From Vicugna vicugna (taxonomy: Eukaryota): a stretch of DNA of 64,000 nt. Each line of letters starts with the position of its first letter. The first letter of the stretch is position 1. Shown in pieces: positions 37,969 to 52,196 of the stretch. The stretch spans positions 682,001 to 746,000 of the forward strand of contig MU058463.1 of NCBI GenBank assembly GCA_013265495.1, written 5' to 3'. The position numbers and the translations under genes were made by a program. Below the pieces are notes generated by a model, which worked only from the letters and a program-made list of their open reading frames with translations, had not been told where the DNA came from and did not search any database.

Positions 37969-40900
37969 TTCAGTGTCCCATTTTGTTGTAAAAGTATCCA
38001 ATAGGCAAGATATTTCTCCTGCTTTCTTTAATTATTTTACAGAATAATCTGTGTAATGTAACTTGCTAGCTTGTATTAGTTTTAGACTCACGACGGGGGA
38101 AAGCTTCCTTTTTAGGATATGTTTCCTTTAAATCTGCTCTCCTTTGTCAAGACAAATATATAGCACATTGGTACAAGCAGTAACCAATTTCAAAGAATGT
38201 GAAGGTTGATCATAAGAAACTCAATAAAAAAGAATGAAAAAATCCAAGTTGACCTGTGCCTGGACCCAACAGGATATCTCAATAAGCACCACCTTAATTC
38301 ACCATGCTGTCACCAGATAACGATGAAACCCCAACCCCTTACTATATTCTGTTTAACCTTACTACCTTTGAATGCATTTTATTGCTTAGAAAAAAAAACA
38401 CATCGTCTGATATTATTGTCTTTGAATTGCCAAATTATTTATGGTTAAGCCATGAAAGCTATATTCAGACAGTCATAAAGGTCAGGTACAAACCTCAAAA
38501 GAAGGGAATTTAGAAGTGAAGTAGAGATTAATTCTTCAATTACTTTTTTATTCTCCTCTGTTGCATCACATGATAAATAAATAACAAATCAATATTTGAA
38601 GATTTCTTCCTATAAACAAAGAAAACCTCATTTAAAGTTATGCTGGCTAACTCTTCCTCCTCACAAAAGACTGATAATATTTTTGAAATACATTGCAAAA
38701 AATATTTGTTTTGTTTTTATTTATTTTTTCTTACAAATATGTGGTGATTAGAAGCTACTCTGTGAATTATTATAGTACAAAAGCTAGGCCATATTAACCA
38801 ATCTGAAAATATTTTTACACCTCAGTAAGCAGTATTTTTGGAGAATACCAATCTCTGAAACAATAGTCCTCTGTCTTTTTTGGTGAGTTGATGGGAGAGA
38901 AGTTTTAGAAGCTTCGGCAATCTGATTAAAACTGTAGACTCATTTATTTTTAAAAAATGAGTATATACTTGCAATCCCTAACTGATACGGAGCAGTATCT
39001 GCTACCCCAGCATGTTATCAAGTCATTTTCTGTCTGCTGCCTCTACATTTGCTCTTATGGCTCCACATACCTCCTTAGCAAAGCTGCGTGGTAAACAAAG
39101 TATTGCAGAGAAAGAAATGGTGGAGAGCTGTTGTTTGTAAGAAATTTTTGAAATAAAACATGGGCCCTCATATTTTACCAATGTTAGTAACTATTGTTAT
39201 TAATAAACTAAATTGCTGATGTATCACCTTGTATTTAAATGTCTTCATTTTTAAATTTTATAGTATGCATTAATATTTCTGTGAGTTTGTATTATAAATA
39301 ATTTGTGGACTCAAATTCATGATATATTAAAAATACTATCAACACATATTGTCCATTGTTCAAGATAATATTCTCAAGAGATAGTGGTGTATCAAAAAAA
39401 AACAGAGATGCACTTACAATATGAACTGATTTGAGTCACCATTTGTTACACGAATAAACAAAGGAGAAGTCCTTCTTCTAGAAGCTAGGCTTCATGTCTA
39501 GAATGGATGTCATTTGCCTATGTTTTCCATATTGTGAAGGCTCAAGACAAAGAGTGACCTGGGACATTGGATCATGAAATTCTGAATCCTCTTGTGTTGA
39601 CAACATTTCTTTACCTTCCTCTTACATGGACTATAAGGTAAACATATACATAGAGGGGACTTATTATTGATTTCCTTCTGTTCTTTTCCCCATCTTTGTA
39701 GCCCAGTTTCAATGGACTACTCCAAAGACAGAGAAAACTTGAACAAGGAAATTCATTCCAGGGCTTAGACCATTGGATGGGGCAACTTCTGGGTGGAATT
39801 AACCCAGACACTTCTCATGCAAGCAACAATAACAGAGAAAATTCTCAAAGACAAAACTGCAAGTGTGAATAAAAAAGAGAAACCGTGCCTGTATTACGGT
39901 CTAATAAATATCTTTAATATTTGGTAACATTATTTGTTCACATATTGGAGAAGAAATCAAAGGACGAGAGTACTTGAGATCAACCTAGAATAACCCCTGG
40001 AGGCAAATAAGTGTACTTTATCTCATTAATAATAATAAGCTCTTAATAATTAACTAGAGAGAATTAACTAGTTATTAAATCCTTCAGGAAAAAGATGTAC
40101 AGAGTTTCAGAAACCTCTTACCAGTCCTTATGCTAAATGTGTCAATGATAAAAGCATGTTGGTTCATGAAGGCTTATATGCATATCTCTTCTCTGTTATA
40201 ACCACCAGCTTCTTAAATCAAACATAACAAGATGTTAATTAATCTCGCTTCCGGACCTCATTTTTAGGTACAGAAGTCAGCCAAAAAGTTATTACTGATC
40301 TGAATCTTTTAGTGCTATATTGTCCAATCAAGCTCAAAAAAGTAGTATGACAGCTTTGATTCATTTGACTTTAATATAAAACCTCACTATTAAGTCAATT
40401 ATTTTATGCAGAAAGAAGTATCTCCAGAAAAATAATTGTGCAATACAATTTCCTGGCTCTTAAACATTTTTGTCCAGCAGCCACAACAAATACAAGTCTC
40501 ATGTGTCCTGCTTAGATGGCTGAATCACAATTCCTCAATCTTATTTCTAAACAAGAAGCTACTGAGACTACATCTAACTGCTCAGCTAGATTCTAAAGAA
40601 AAAATATATGTAGAAAACAGAAACTCTGACAATAAAAATAATGGTAGATGATATCAAGCCACTCTTTATTTCCCAGGTTAGTTTAAATTCTGCAGAAACT
40701 TTTTTTCCAATGCTAGAGCTAAGCCTAAGTAAGAGTTTTCTTTAATCTTATTTTTTCCTAAATTCAAAGACTCTTAAAATTCTAATATCCTCCTCCTCCC
40801 CCAAAATAGTTAAGTACGAAGAAGATAACTACATAAAGTTCTACATAAATAAGTCTTAGGGCAAATCTATTTTTGTTGTTGATTTGTGGTTCTTGTTATT

Positions 40901-41892
40901 GTTCTTGTTCACACAACTTCACACTAAGGAAGGTTTGGCTTTGAAGCGTTCTCATCCCATGACCATACTTACAATAACTGTGCAAGGTGATGTTGAGAGA
41001 GAGGTCTTAGAAACCACACTCCAAATAAAGGAAACTGCCTCCAGCACTGGAAACCAGCAAATGCTCATTCATTGACTGATCTCCATCAACCTTTCTCATC
41101 CATGTGGGAGATGAACAGTGACATGGAGCTTGCTCACGGTTAATGGGTCTTCCTCCCGTGGAGACCTAACAGTGTTGTCACCAAGTGAGCATTCAGTTGG
41201 CTATTTCTGAGGACTTAATCAAGATTACTGAAAAGTTCTTCCGTCTACCTTAGAATTCTGTTCATTAATTGTTGACAAATATTTCTCTGTACCCTCTGGA
41301 CAGTCCATCTCTCTCTAATTATATAAAAAAAAAGTCGTGTCTTCCATTTCTCATCTCTAATGATTTAGTCACCTTACATAATCAACTTATGATGGTTATA
41401 GAGTAAGCTTCAGTTAAAATATTAATTTCAAGTCTGTAAATACCCTTTAAAATTAACTATATATCTGCCATTACTCAAGCTAATTTCTTTAACTGAGGGA
41501 ATATATAGAACTTCAGACAACTGATCTATTCTCTTTTTTTCATACAAGAAAAATTGAAGTTTTTAAATCTTTTTAAAATATATGTCTACCTTCATTTTTC
41601 CCCATTCTGTGTGTTTTAAGCAAAGTAGGTAATATTGTATTAGGTTATGGGTGCCATCTTCAGCAGCTTGAACTTGAACAATCTTCAAATATAACTGATA
41701 CTGTTGAAGCTACCTAAAGTTTTAATATTTAGAAACATTTAAATTTACTGCTTGACAGGCTTTTTGCATTTTTTCATTTATTTCCTAGAGAAAAGTGCTG
41801 ACCTTTACAGTTTTCCTTTTAAAATGCACCCTTCATAATGTTACCACAGGAGCATTAGTGCTAACGTAACAGGGCTACATTCTTCCACCTTA

Positions 41893-42112
41893 TTTATTTG
41901 TTTGTTAGTTTGTTTGTTTATTTTGAAGTATAGTCAGTTTACAATGTGTCAGTTTCTGTGTACAGCACAATATTTTAGTCATACATGAATATAAATGTAT
42001 TCGTTTTCATATTATTTTTCACTGCAAACTACTACATTGACTAAGGAAATTAAAGAAGACTTTTAAAAAAGGAAAGATACCCCATGCTCTTAGATTGGAA
42101 GAATCAATATTG
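41893..42112 (-). mobile_element. Short 5'-inverted L1 with 13-bp TSD
   Basis: TSD TTCTTCCACCTTA (41880-41892) / TTCTTCCACTTTA (42113-42125). An antisense 3' end runs to ~42035, followed by a sense ORF2 piece (KEIKED..KDTPCS*IGRINIV). Confidence 0.85.
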
Positions 42113-43329
42113 TTCTTCCACTTTAGATAGAGAGGGAGAACAGTCTTCCATATACAAGATTTTCTTTCCGAAGCTATACAAGATTACAAAATGCACAGAC
42201 TAAACACTGAAGTTACTTGTATGTAATTTTTGCTGACTCCTTTTTAAAATTGTGATTAGACTTTTAACAATTAGATTTTATCCCTGAACACATTGAAATA
42301 AATAGATAATTCCTGTAATTAAAACCAGTATAGCAAATGTCTAAAGTATGCGTTTAATATCACTTATAGCCACAATAATATTATTTCTCCTCCCCCCTTG
42401 CTTTTTGAGTCTCTAACTTAGAAAGCAGTGATCTTAATGGTCACACTAGCTCCATTACAAAACCATGTTAACACTGATATTCTTAACCTAGAACATATAT
42501 GTTTAGATTTACTTTTTTCAAATTTCTTTCAATTATCCTCTTATTAACAGAGCTAAGAATAAGAGTTAATCAACTCTCTAACATAACTGCATAGAAGGTC
42601 TGTAAACTATGTACTTGGAGTTCTTAGAGATTCTCAAAATGTCTATTGTACTTTATTTGCAGAGCATTTAAATCTCATCCCCTTTATTCTGGGAGAAACA
42701 GGAAATCACATGCATTTTTATTTCTGGTCTTGGTATTTTTTTCAACTTATTCTAGAACAGACTGCATCCCTTCTTTACATTGGTCCTTCCAATACAGCTT
42801 AGCTTATCTCAAGACCCACCCTACACTTCATTGTCTTTCTTTAAGGTTTTCAAATGCATGTAGAATCATCTTCATAAAATAGCTTTCATATATATACCTT
42901 ATATTTCTACTTCACTAATTCATGCATGTGTTCTACTTCTCTACTAGCGTATAATTTTTTTGTGAAAATGTGTATTCTTTTTGAAGTTCTCCAATATATT
43001 TCCATGTTGGACATCAAAGTAATGACATTAAATGAGGAATTCCTTCTAATATTCCCTTAAAATTATGTATACCTCAACTAAGGGACTTAGCCTACTGTGG
43101 CTCTCAAATAATTGTTTACCAGTCATCTACCTGTGTAAAAACTTACTGAATGACACTGCAGCATCCATTTTATTTCATTAATGTAAAAGAAATATATCAT
43201 GTTGGAAAATTAAAATATATCAGATAGCAGAATTGAAATGATGGAAATTCTAATTCAACTTACTCTTTTACTTATTTAATTTCCCTCTACTTTGTAAAGC
43301 AAAAGTCTGATTTAGAAACTAACATTAAA

Positions 43330-43425
43330 GAATAGATTTAAATAAAGCTCTTTACGTTAGCCAGATCCTGCTCTTAGTACTGCCATTTATCTTTCCTGTG
43401 ACCTAGGTCAAATCACTTAACCTTG
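43330..43425 (+). mobile_element. MIR fragment
   Basis: CTGCCATTTATC..TGTGACCTAGGTCAAATCACTTAACCT. Confidence 0.6.
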
Positions 43426-43937
43426 CAGTACTGGAAGGTTTCTGTAATCTGTTTTCCTAACGAATCTCTTGAGCAGACTGTCTAGTACTGATAAATACTA
43501 TTTCAGACAGAAATGCAGTAACATTATTGGAGAGAGCACTGAAAGAAAATCGAAAGGCTTGACTCCACACAAGTGCTTATGTTTGTGAGAGAAAGAAAGA
43601 AAAAGGACTAAATAACTAAAAAAATAGTCTTTATAACTGCAAGGGTATTTGCAAAATGAAATGGTAATAATACCCACAATAAAATGTGTACAACTTTAAA
43701 TTGCAAAAATTAAGTAAATATAAAATGATGTGGTTAAACAACCATTGTCAGTATTTTGACCAATGTTTCTATAAAAACTGCAGTTTTGCTATACAATCAC
43801 TGTATGTTCCAATCATTAGACAGTTAATAAATAAGAATGCTGAAATATGTTACATGTATTACCGTACTGTTTTCCAAATGATCTTGCGAGTTTGCACTAC
43901 CATTTTATCTATAGGCATTTGTGCTACGCTATTCGAT

Positions 43938-43960
43938 TGTGTGTGTGTGTGTGTGTGTGT
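43938..43960. repeat. (TG)n microsatellite
   Basis: Direct read. Confidence 0.95.
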
Positions 43961-45690
43961 AATTTACTTAGAGATTACAATAATCCTCAATTTTTCACAA
44001 TTTACTTTGAGTTAACACTGTATAATATTAAATAAAATATAAAAACCTTATAACTCTATGAATCCATTAACTAAGCCCCATGCTGTACTTCACATTACAA
44101 TTATTTTATGTAATGTATCTACATATGTTAGAAATCCCACAATAAACTATTAAAATTTTTGTTTTAAGTATTCTTTTTACTTTAAAATAATGTTGAGAAA
44201 TAATGTTGTCTTTTATATTTATCCAGACAGTTCCCATTTCTGATGATTTCCATATATTTCTACAGACCTAAAATCTTCCTGGAAACCTGAGAGCAACTCT
44301 CTAAACTTTGGTTTATCTAGAAGTGTTTGTTTCACCTTATATTTGAGGGATATTTTTGCTGGATGTGCACTTCTGGGTTGACAGATTTTTTCTCTCACCA
44401 CTTTGAAGAGGTTGGTCCTCTATCTTTTTTCCCTCCCTAGTTTTTGACAACAATTTATTGTTAATACAAACTTATGTTTCCCTCTCTGTAGTATGATATT
44501 TTTCTCTTTGTGTTTTCAATGTTTTCTCTTTCTTTTTGTTTTAAATTCAAAATTGTTTTAATTTTTGCACCAATGAATAATTTACATTTAATCATATTGC
44601 TTTGGGTTTGCTGAACTTCTTGTTCTGAAAATTTATAGCCTTCACCAAATTTTGGATGTTTTGGACATTATTTTCTCAAATGTTTTTCCTGTTCCATTCT
44701 TTCTCTCCTCATGTCTGGGACTTCGGTAATACAGATATGAGACCTATGTATATTTTCCTAAAGATTAGTGAGATATTGTTTATTTTCATTTCAGTAATTG
44801 TTTTCTCTTTCCTTTCTTCAGATTAGATTATTTTAGTTCATTTATTTTCAAGTTCACTGGCTCTATCCTGTCATCTGTTTTCTGAATAAATCTATTTAGT
44901 GAATGTATTTTTATTCTGTGTCTATTTTTTTTAAGTTTGGAATTCTCATTTGTTTCTTTTTCGTAGTTTACCCATAGACTTTTTCAGTCTTTTCCATCAT
45001 TGAAAGTATGTTTCTTATATGTTATTTAGCATAGTAGTGATAGCTGTCTTAAAATTCATGTTTTCTTAATTTTAACATCTGGTCTTCTCAGGATCATTCT
45101 CTGTTAATTGTTTTTCTGTTAATAGCCTTAATATTTTCCTTTTTATGTTATGCTGAATACTTTTGATTTTGTCTTGGATATTGTGAATGCTGTATTGTAG
45201 GCATCTAAGTTCAGCACTATCCTGAAAGTTATTTACTCACTTATTAAGCAGACAATCAAGAGGGTTGAAATCAAACTGCCAACTCTGTCTCTTATTCAGA
45301 TCTTAAGTATAGCTAGATTGATTCAACTATGTATGATCAGGGTAGAGCCCAAGGATTTGGGCAGAATTTGCATGCAGATTTTAGGATTTTCCAAGTCAGT
45401 GACTGTGATTGCCCTGATCTTCTGTTCCTCAGCCAAGAAAGACAGAAAGACTCTGTGCATGTCTGAGTGTGTGTGTTTCAGAGTTTAAACCATCCCTAAT
45501 GTTAGCATCTTGGGTCTACCTTAGAGTAAAACCCATGAAATTAGGGATATTCAGACCTAATCACAGTTGTACCAAATGTTGCCACTAGAGTCTGCCTATT
45601 TTTGTTTACTTTTTAGTGCCTTCAGAATATCATTTATTTGTATTTTTTTCAGAGTTTATAGCTGCAGTCTACAGGCAGATTGGATTTAGC
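43961..45690 (-). mobile_element. L1M ORF1 and 5' region, antisense
   Basis: ORF 44219-44401(-) REKICQPRSAHPAKISLKYKVKQTLLDKPKFRE resembles the ORF1p C-terminus (CQPRILYPAKISFK..IKTFSDKQKLRE). Confidence 0.78.
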
Positions 45691-47211
45691 AGAATGATTA
45701 TGTTATCTGTATTAATCTCTGTATTAGTTTGTATTAGTACTAACTCACTGTTAAAACACATTTTTAAACCACTGACAGCAGTTTCAATCATGTGGGGTTG
45801 TTTCTGAAACTTTGTAATTTGTGTTGGTAAAACACTACCTGTCTACTTTTTAGTTAATTCAGCTACAAATATTTCTATGTATTTATATACTGGCTTAATT
45901 TTCTCTTCTGAATACCACTCTCATTCTTTAGTATTTATTTATTATTGTTATTTTCAATTTTTTCCCAAAAGTTCTTAAATAACTTTCCTTTATTATAATT
46001 ACATATAAATATATATTTTATTATTGTAATATACAAATATAAGATATATAAATATATATACACACTTTTTCTTTAGGAGTAATTTATTTAATGTAACTTT
46101 TTACATAGCTTTGTACTGTGTATTTTTCATATTATAGCCTTAAAAACAGTTTACTATTTAACTTAAAATATCCTCTTCTACCTTGTTTCATTTTTCAGAA
46201 GTAAATTTCATTTTTAATTATTTACACTTCCAAATAAAACTCACAGTTCCTTTTTTTTTCAATTCCCAAAACAAATTCCATTATAATAATGATTGAAACA
46301 TTCTACAAATATAAAAGTAACATGAAAGACTTGGCAACCTTATTTTAATTATACACATTTATATCTCTTCAGTTGTTTAACTCTTCTTCTGCTTGGATTT
46401 GTGTTTTTAAATTTTATGAGAAACATTTCTTATGAAAATCATATATTTTCTTTACTTATGGTAAATAGGATTTCTTTTTAAATACTGTTTTGAAGGTAAT
46501 TACTGCTATTTTACAAGAAATGTAATACATTTTATATTAAAACATTTTAATTAATTTATTGTTCTAAAATGTTTCTTGAGACTCACTTTATATCTGGCAC
46601 AGTAAATAATTATGAAATATTTTCTTCTTAGTCTGTCTCTCTCAGTTTACTATAGTAAGGATAAATACAGTATCTTGTTCATATACCCGTTTTCAGAAGT
46701 AACAAATCATGGGTGACAGAAATAATTGTCCAGGAGGGATAATTGATCTAACCAAAGATACTCAGATACTCCTCAGGGAATGTAAATTAAGTCATAGAAA
46801 CTGATCAGTTTCTTGTGATAGCCCTCTGAAGCAAAAAGTTCATGAAGTGTTATGCATAGTGTGGTTTTTGAAAAACATAATGACCTATTCTTGGGGGAAA
46901 GAACCAGGTCACAGAAGTAGATACATAATCTAAGCAGATTCCTCTTCCTATAACTTGGGTGTACTCACTGAACTTGATCCCTTGTTCCCTCTCGTATCCA
47001 TAAAACAAATTTCTCACATTTTAACATATTTAAGTAAGCCTCTTCTCTTTCAAATAATTCTGACTGGTTAAAAGCTAGTTTGGCAGAAAATATTATATTT
47101 ACTTTATATAGTGATTTAAGATCATGCTACACTGGGAAATGCTCTGAATGTTTTTATCTAGAAGTATAAAGTACTATGTAAAGAACTTATAAATCATATT
47201 ATGCATTCCTC

Positions 47212-48038
47212 CAGTTTTAGTGAGACATAACTAACATACCTCACTGTATAAGTTTAAGGCATACAGCATGATGGTTTGATTTACATATATTGTGATATGA
47301 TCATTGCAGTAGTTTCAGCTAAAATGCATCTTCTCATAGATACAATAAATAGTAAGGAAAGAAAAAAATCTTTTTCTTTGTGATGAGAACTCTTAGGATT
47401 TACTCTTTTAACAACTTTCCTACATATTATACAGCAATATCAGCTATAGTCATCATGTACATTACAGCCCTAGTACTTAGTCTCCTACAACTGGAAGTTT
47501 CTACCTTTTGACCACCTTCCTGCAATTCCCCCTCCCGACCCTCTGCCTCTGGTAATAACAAGTTTGATCTCTTTTTCTATTTTTTTTTCAGATTCCACAC
47601 GTAAATGAGATCATACAAAATTTTTCTTTCTCTGTCTGACTTATTTCACTCAGCATAATGCTTCAAGTTCCATTCATGTTCTCACAAATGGTAGGATTTC
47701 CTCATCTTTTAATAGCTGAATAATATTCCATTGTATATATACATACAGATTGTGTATGTATTTGTGTATATATGTATACACATACACATCACAACTTTTT
47801 TATCCATTCATAGATTGATAGACACTTAGAATAGACACTTAGGTTTTTTCATATCTTGGCTATGTAAATAATGCTGCTATGAACATAAGTATACAGCTAT
47901 CATATCGAGTTAGTCTTTTTGTTTCTTTTGGATATATTCCTAGAAGTGGAATTGCTGGATCATATGGTAGTTCTATTTTTAATTTTTTTTTTGAGGATCC
48001 TTCATACTGTTTTCTATAGTAGCTGTATCGATTTACAA
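47212..48038 (-). mobile_element. L1MA-like 3' end, antisense
   Basis: CTTTGTGATGAGAACTCTTAGGATTTACTC...AGAAGTGGAATTGCTGGATCATATGGTAGTTCTATTTTT. Confidence 0.88.
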
Positions 48039-48289
48039 TAATTGCATTATGTTTGACACTGAAAATCAGTATGGAATAAATGAATGATTTAATATATGAT
48101 TTAGAGGTAAGTAGTTAACTATTTAAATATTCCACATAGACTTATAAAAGCTAGACAAAACTAGGAAGCTATATATTAAACACATAAAAGATATTATTTC
48201 CTTTACAGTTGGGAAAATTGTAGGTATTACAAAATAAAGAAAATCACAATGAAAAAAAATTGACTGTATAAAAGTGTAAGTTGCTACTC

Positions 48290-48530
48290 TTTGCTGGAAT
48301 AGTTATTTTCCTAAGCATCAAATAGAGTAATGAAGGAGATGGACACAGGTCCTTATTTCTAGAAATTTACTATTTAGAAAGGAGATAGAGGTGAGAAAAT
48401 ATTGCTAATGTTATGAGTACTTAGAAAAGAGAAACAGAGGTTTCCATGGGGTCATACAGTATATGGACTATAATATGGAAAAGACTTCCCTGAAGAAATG
48501 ACACTTTAGATATAAATTTATAATCAGCAA
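48290..48530 (-). mobile_element. L2 fragment
   Basis: GGAAAAGACTTCCCTGAAGAAATGACACTT resembles antisense L2. Confidence 0.45.
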
Positions 48531-48675
48531 AATAGGTATATGGGAAAATATTTAATTTACATTTATTTTCCTGTTGTCCTTTATCAATATGTGTTTCAAT
48601 GTTTTATAATCCACACTACATAGTAGTATAACAAAACAATATATAGTTGAAAACACATGACATTTGAGAGGTGTT

Positions 48676-49234
48676 TGCTTGAATCAGTTACTGCCACAAA
48701 AATGCCACTTAATGTTCTGTAAACGTGCAGTATTTTCATGGCATGCAGCAATTAACATTTAGTTTGTTCATGAGTCTTTGGGCCACATGGGTAGTTCTGC
48801 TGATATAAGCTGGACTCAGCAAGGCTCATTCTGTGTCTGTGGTTACCTGAAGGCCAAATAGGCAGCTCTGCTGATCTTAGCTCATTTCTCTGTATTTCTG
48901 AGTATTGAGCTGGGGACCAAGGCTGACATAGCTCTATGTCATAGTGTCTATGTCTTACACTCTCCAATAGCCAAGCTTCAGCATCTCCCACAGTGAAGGC
49001 AAAAGACAAAAAGAGACAAGAGCATTTTGTGAGGCCTCTTGAAAGCTAAACTCAGCACTGGCCCACCATTGCTTCTCACTCTACTGGTCAAGTGAGTTAC
49101 GAGGATAATCTAAAATTCAGGACTAAGGAAATAGGCTCTACCTACTGATTGAAGGAGATGCAAAGTCATACTATCATAGCACAGATAAAGGAATAGTAAA
49201 AAGTAGAAGCAAATTTGGTAATCAGTTTACCATA
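48676..49234 (-). mobile_element. MLT1 (F/G/H-like) solo LTR
   Basis: GGTAGTTCTGCTGAT..CTGGACTCAGC..GGCTCATT..., ending AATCAGTTTACCATA. Confidence 0.7.
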
Positions 49235-50074
49235 ATGCTCAAATGTTTGTTTTTCTGATATGATAGAAATTTACCTAAAATATAATTTGGAAACTGTCAG
49301 GTGGAAGCAATTATAGGAAGGTTTGTGTCATTATATGGAGAGGAAAAATCATGTTCAGTTCTATAGATGTAAGAGACATTTAAGAGACAATGGAAAATAA
49401 ATTATCAATTTCCTAGAAGTACAAAAAGACTTATAAGAAAAAGTTAAAAAGCAAAGAAAAAGCTGAAGAATGGAAAATGTCTGCAGAAATAATGAAAAAA
49501 ATGATCACTAAGCCTAACCCATAAAAATGTTAATATCAAGTGCTCACAAAAATTCAGAAACAATTTAAAAATTGAGCAGAATAAGCAACAAAATGACAAC
49601 AGAAAAATAACAAATATACAAAGTTATAGCAATTCTCAAAATCATGTTTGGTATATAAATTTAGCAAAGATGATGATAATGATGATGATGTCAGTATCAG
49701 TGCCTCAGCAAGATACTCTTATTAGGTGTTTCAATTCACAGAAACTTTCTGAGGTAGAACTTTGAAAATAAATTGACTGTATTACAAATTATACAGTAGC
49801 TTAATAATTACCTATATTGCTATCCATCCTAAAAATAGATTTTTTTTAAGATAATTATAAAGTAGACAAAGGAATGAAAAAAAGAGAAAGGGTGGATATT
49901 TAGCTCATGGTATGGGGATTCTTGCCCAGTCTGCATCATCTCTACCTAATTTAGCTTTGCTAAGACTTCTCAAGACATCAAACATCTATATCTGTTTTCA
50001 TATTGGGCCTCACCTTTATCATATGAATAGTGAGAGACTGCATATAATGGGCAGATTTATAATTGTCCAGGAAA

Positions 50075-50107
50075 TGTGTATGTGTGTGTGTGTGTGTGTG
50101 TATGTAT
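50075..50107. repeat. (TG)n microsatellite
   Basis: Direct read. Confidence 0.9.
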
Positions 50108-51018
50108 ATATCTCACTATTGTTCTATCAATTGTTGATTTTGGGTGAACACTCCAGTGAAAAGTTGGGTTTAGGAAAAATCCTAATATACATCACTTCTT
50201 ATTCATATAGTTTTTACCTAATTCAATTTAATTAACAATGAAAATTATAAATAGATATTTGCATAGGAAATATCAGTACATATAAAAGCTTACATTTCTA
50301 CATAATAAACAAATTCATGTTTTTATGACAAATATAAATTATCAAAGATCAAAATCTGATCCTAACACGAAGATTAACCATAACTGGTGGTGTTTCCTAC
50401 TGTGTTGCCATCAATAGTGACATCCATCTCAAAACCTCAAAAGCATCATCCTTACTGATGGAATGTGAGCTCCCTGTAATGGAAACTAGTCTCACTATTG
50501 TAGCAAGGAGAATTGTAGCCATTTACCTTAGACCTTTGTATGAGGTATTGTGTAGCAAATTATTTTCAAACATTGCTGCTCTTGACAGAAACGGCAAACA
50601 TAAAGGAGACTTACTGCCACCAGACCCCTGTGACCCATCTAGCATCAAAAACATTCTGCCCTTTTACTCTGAAGATCCAAAAGCAGCATAATAAGCATGT
50701 GAAATTGTTAGGGCTAAACTCTAAAAACATCACTGCCAGAGTATATTTCATGGAAGTTGTATATAGTTTTTAAATAGTGAAAGAGAGAGCAGCGCTTGCT
50801 TTTCCTCCAGCTGTGCTAGTAAATGAGTGATTTCTTCATGCTCATTTCCATAACCAAATTTGAAGAAGCTTAATTTCACTGCTTAAAACTTTTTCCTAAG
50901 TATTTTGATGACTTCTGAATCTAAATATTACTGTATTGATCAAAGGTGACTTCTGGTAGAGTAATTTTCACTTTCCTGATTACTGACATTCTCCTCTCTT
51001 TTAATCTTCTTTCCTCAG

Positions 51019-51063
51019 AATTGGGAATTTCATCTGATTCCAGAGATTTTCCCCCAAGTTGAA
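51019..51063 (+). other. Candidate 45-nt spliced exon (unverified)
   Basis: Branch point TACTGAC at 50981-50987, long pyrimidine tract, CAG at 51016-51018, donor GAA|GTGAGT. Confidence 0.3.
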
Positions 51064-51544
51064 GTGAGTCATGCCTCCATAAGGAATTAATATGGAGCAA
51101 ATATGTCACCTTAATGTTTGACCCTCCATCATTGTAGCCACAGCCTTTGAATTCAAAAGTTGTTACTGAAAGACAGAAATTGCCATCAGCTCAGTGACCA
51201 GTCATCAGCTTTGACCCTCACTTCTACAGTGTATTTGATTCCGTGAGATTTGTCACAATTTCCTTTTTCTTCTTCATGTAACATCTCACAACTTTTTTGC
51301 CATCCATAGGGTACAAATTAATAACACCAATTTCCTTTAATTTGCAATCATCTGTCATATAGCTAGAAAAAGTATTTGAATTTTGAACAATTTGCTTTAT
51401 CTTAATTCTTTTGTTTTTAACACTGATTAAGGCCCCCACCTCTCTCATTTTATTTTTATTTTTACTCTACTTTGAACACTTCTGTCATATTCTTAGGAGA
51501 AATGGGGGGAGTTAAAGCTTGTTCTTTCTTATATTGCCATTCTT

Positions 51545-51860
51545 GACCCAAAAACAAATAGACTGACAGATATATCTCCAGCAAAGATAGGTTAATTCTA
51601 GGTCAGCAGAGAATTGCGATATGGGGTCCACAACTATGGTGAGCCATGTGCAAGTCCCTGCAAGGCAAAGGAAGGAAAACTTCTATAGAGAAGGAAAGGA
51701 AGTTGGGAGGGCTAGTAAACAAAGAGTCCATTGTTTTTCATTGGCTGGGTCCTTGCCAGGAAAGAAAAGGAGTTTTTCTTCTTCCTGTTGGGCTCTGCTA
51801 TCAGGGCAAACATAAGAACTTCCCCTTCTAGTCTCCCAATTCTATTTAATTAATTTTTAA
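51545..51860 (-). mobile_element. LTR-like fragment (probable ERV1, Laurasiatherian)
   Basis: GC-richer block with CAGCAGAGAATTGC, CATTGGCTG (CCAAT on the minus strand) and TTCTATAG. Confidence 0.45.
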
Positions 51861-52196
51861 TACTATCTTATTAATAGTAATTCATTTTTACCCTATTTTG
51901 CTTTAAAAATATTCCAAATTCAAAAATTTAATCATAAATGCCTAAATAAAATATATAGATCACCTTTAACGTTGGACTATTGAAGATGTATGTTTGAGAC
52001 TTAATTATTCTTCTAATCATGAAGCTTAAGATAATTTTCTTTGGAAGAAATAAGGCCAACCCTGGGGGAGGGGTGGGGAGAAATCACGCTCAAGTGAGTT
52101 GCTGAAGCGAACATGATTCTTATGGTAATTAGGTTCTATAGTTGTTTGTATAAATAAATAGCATGATCATCATGTTGGCTGGCTTTCCTCACCACA

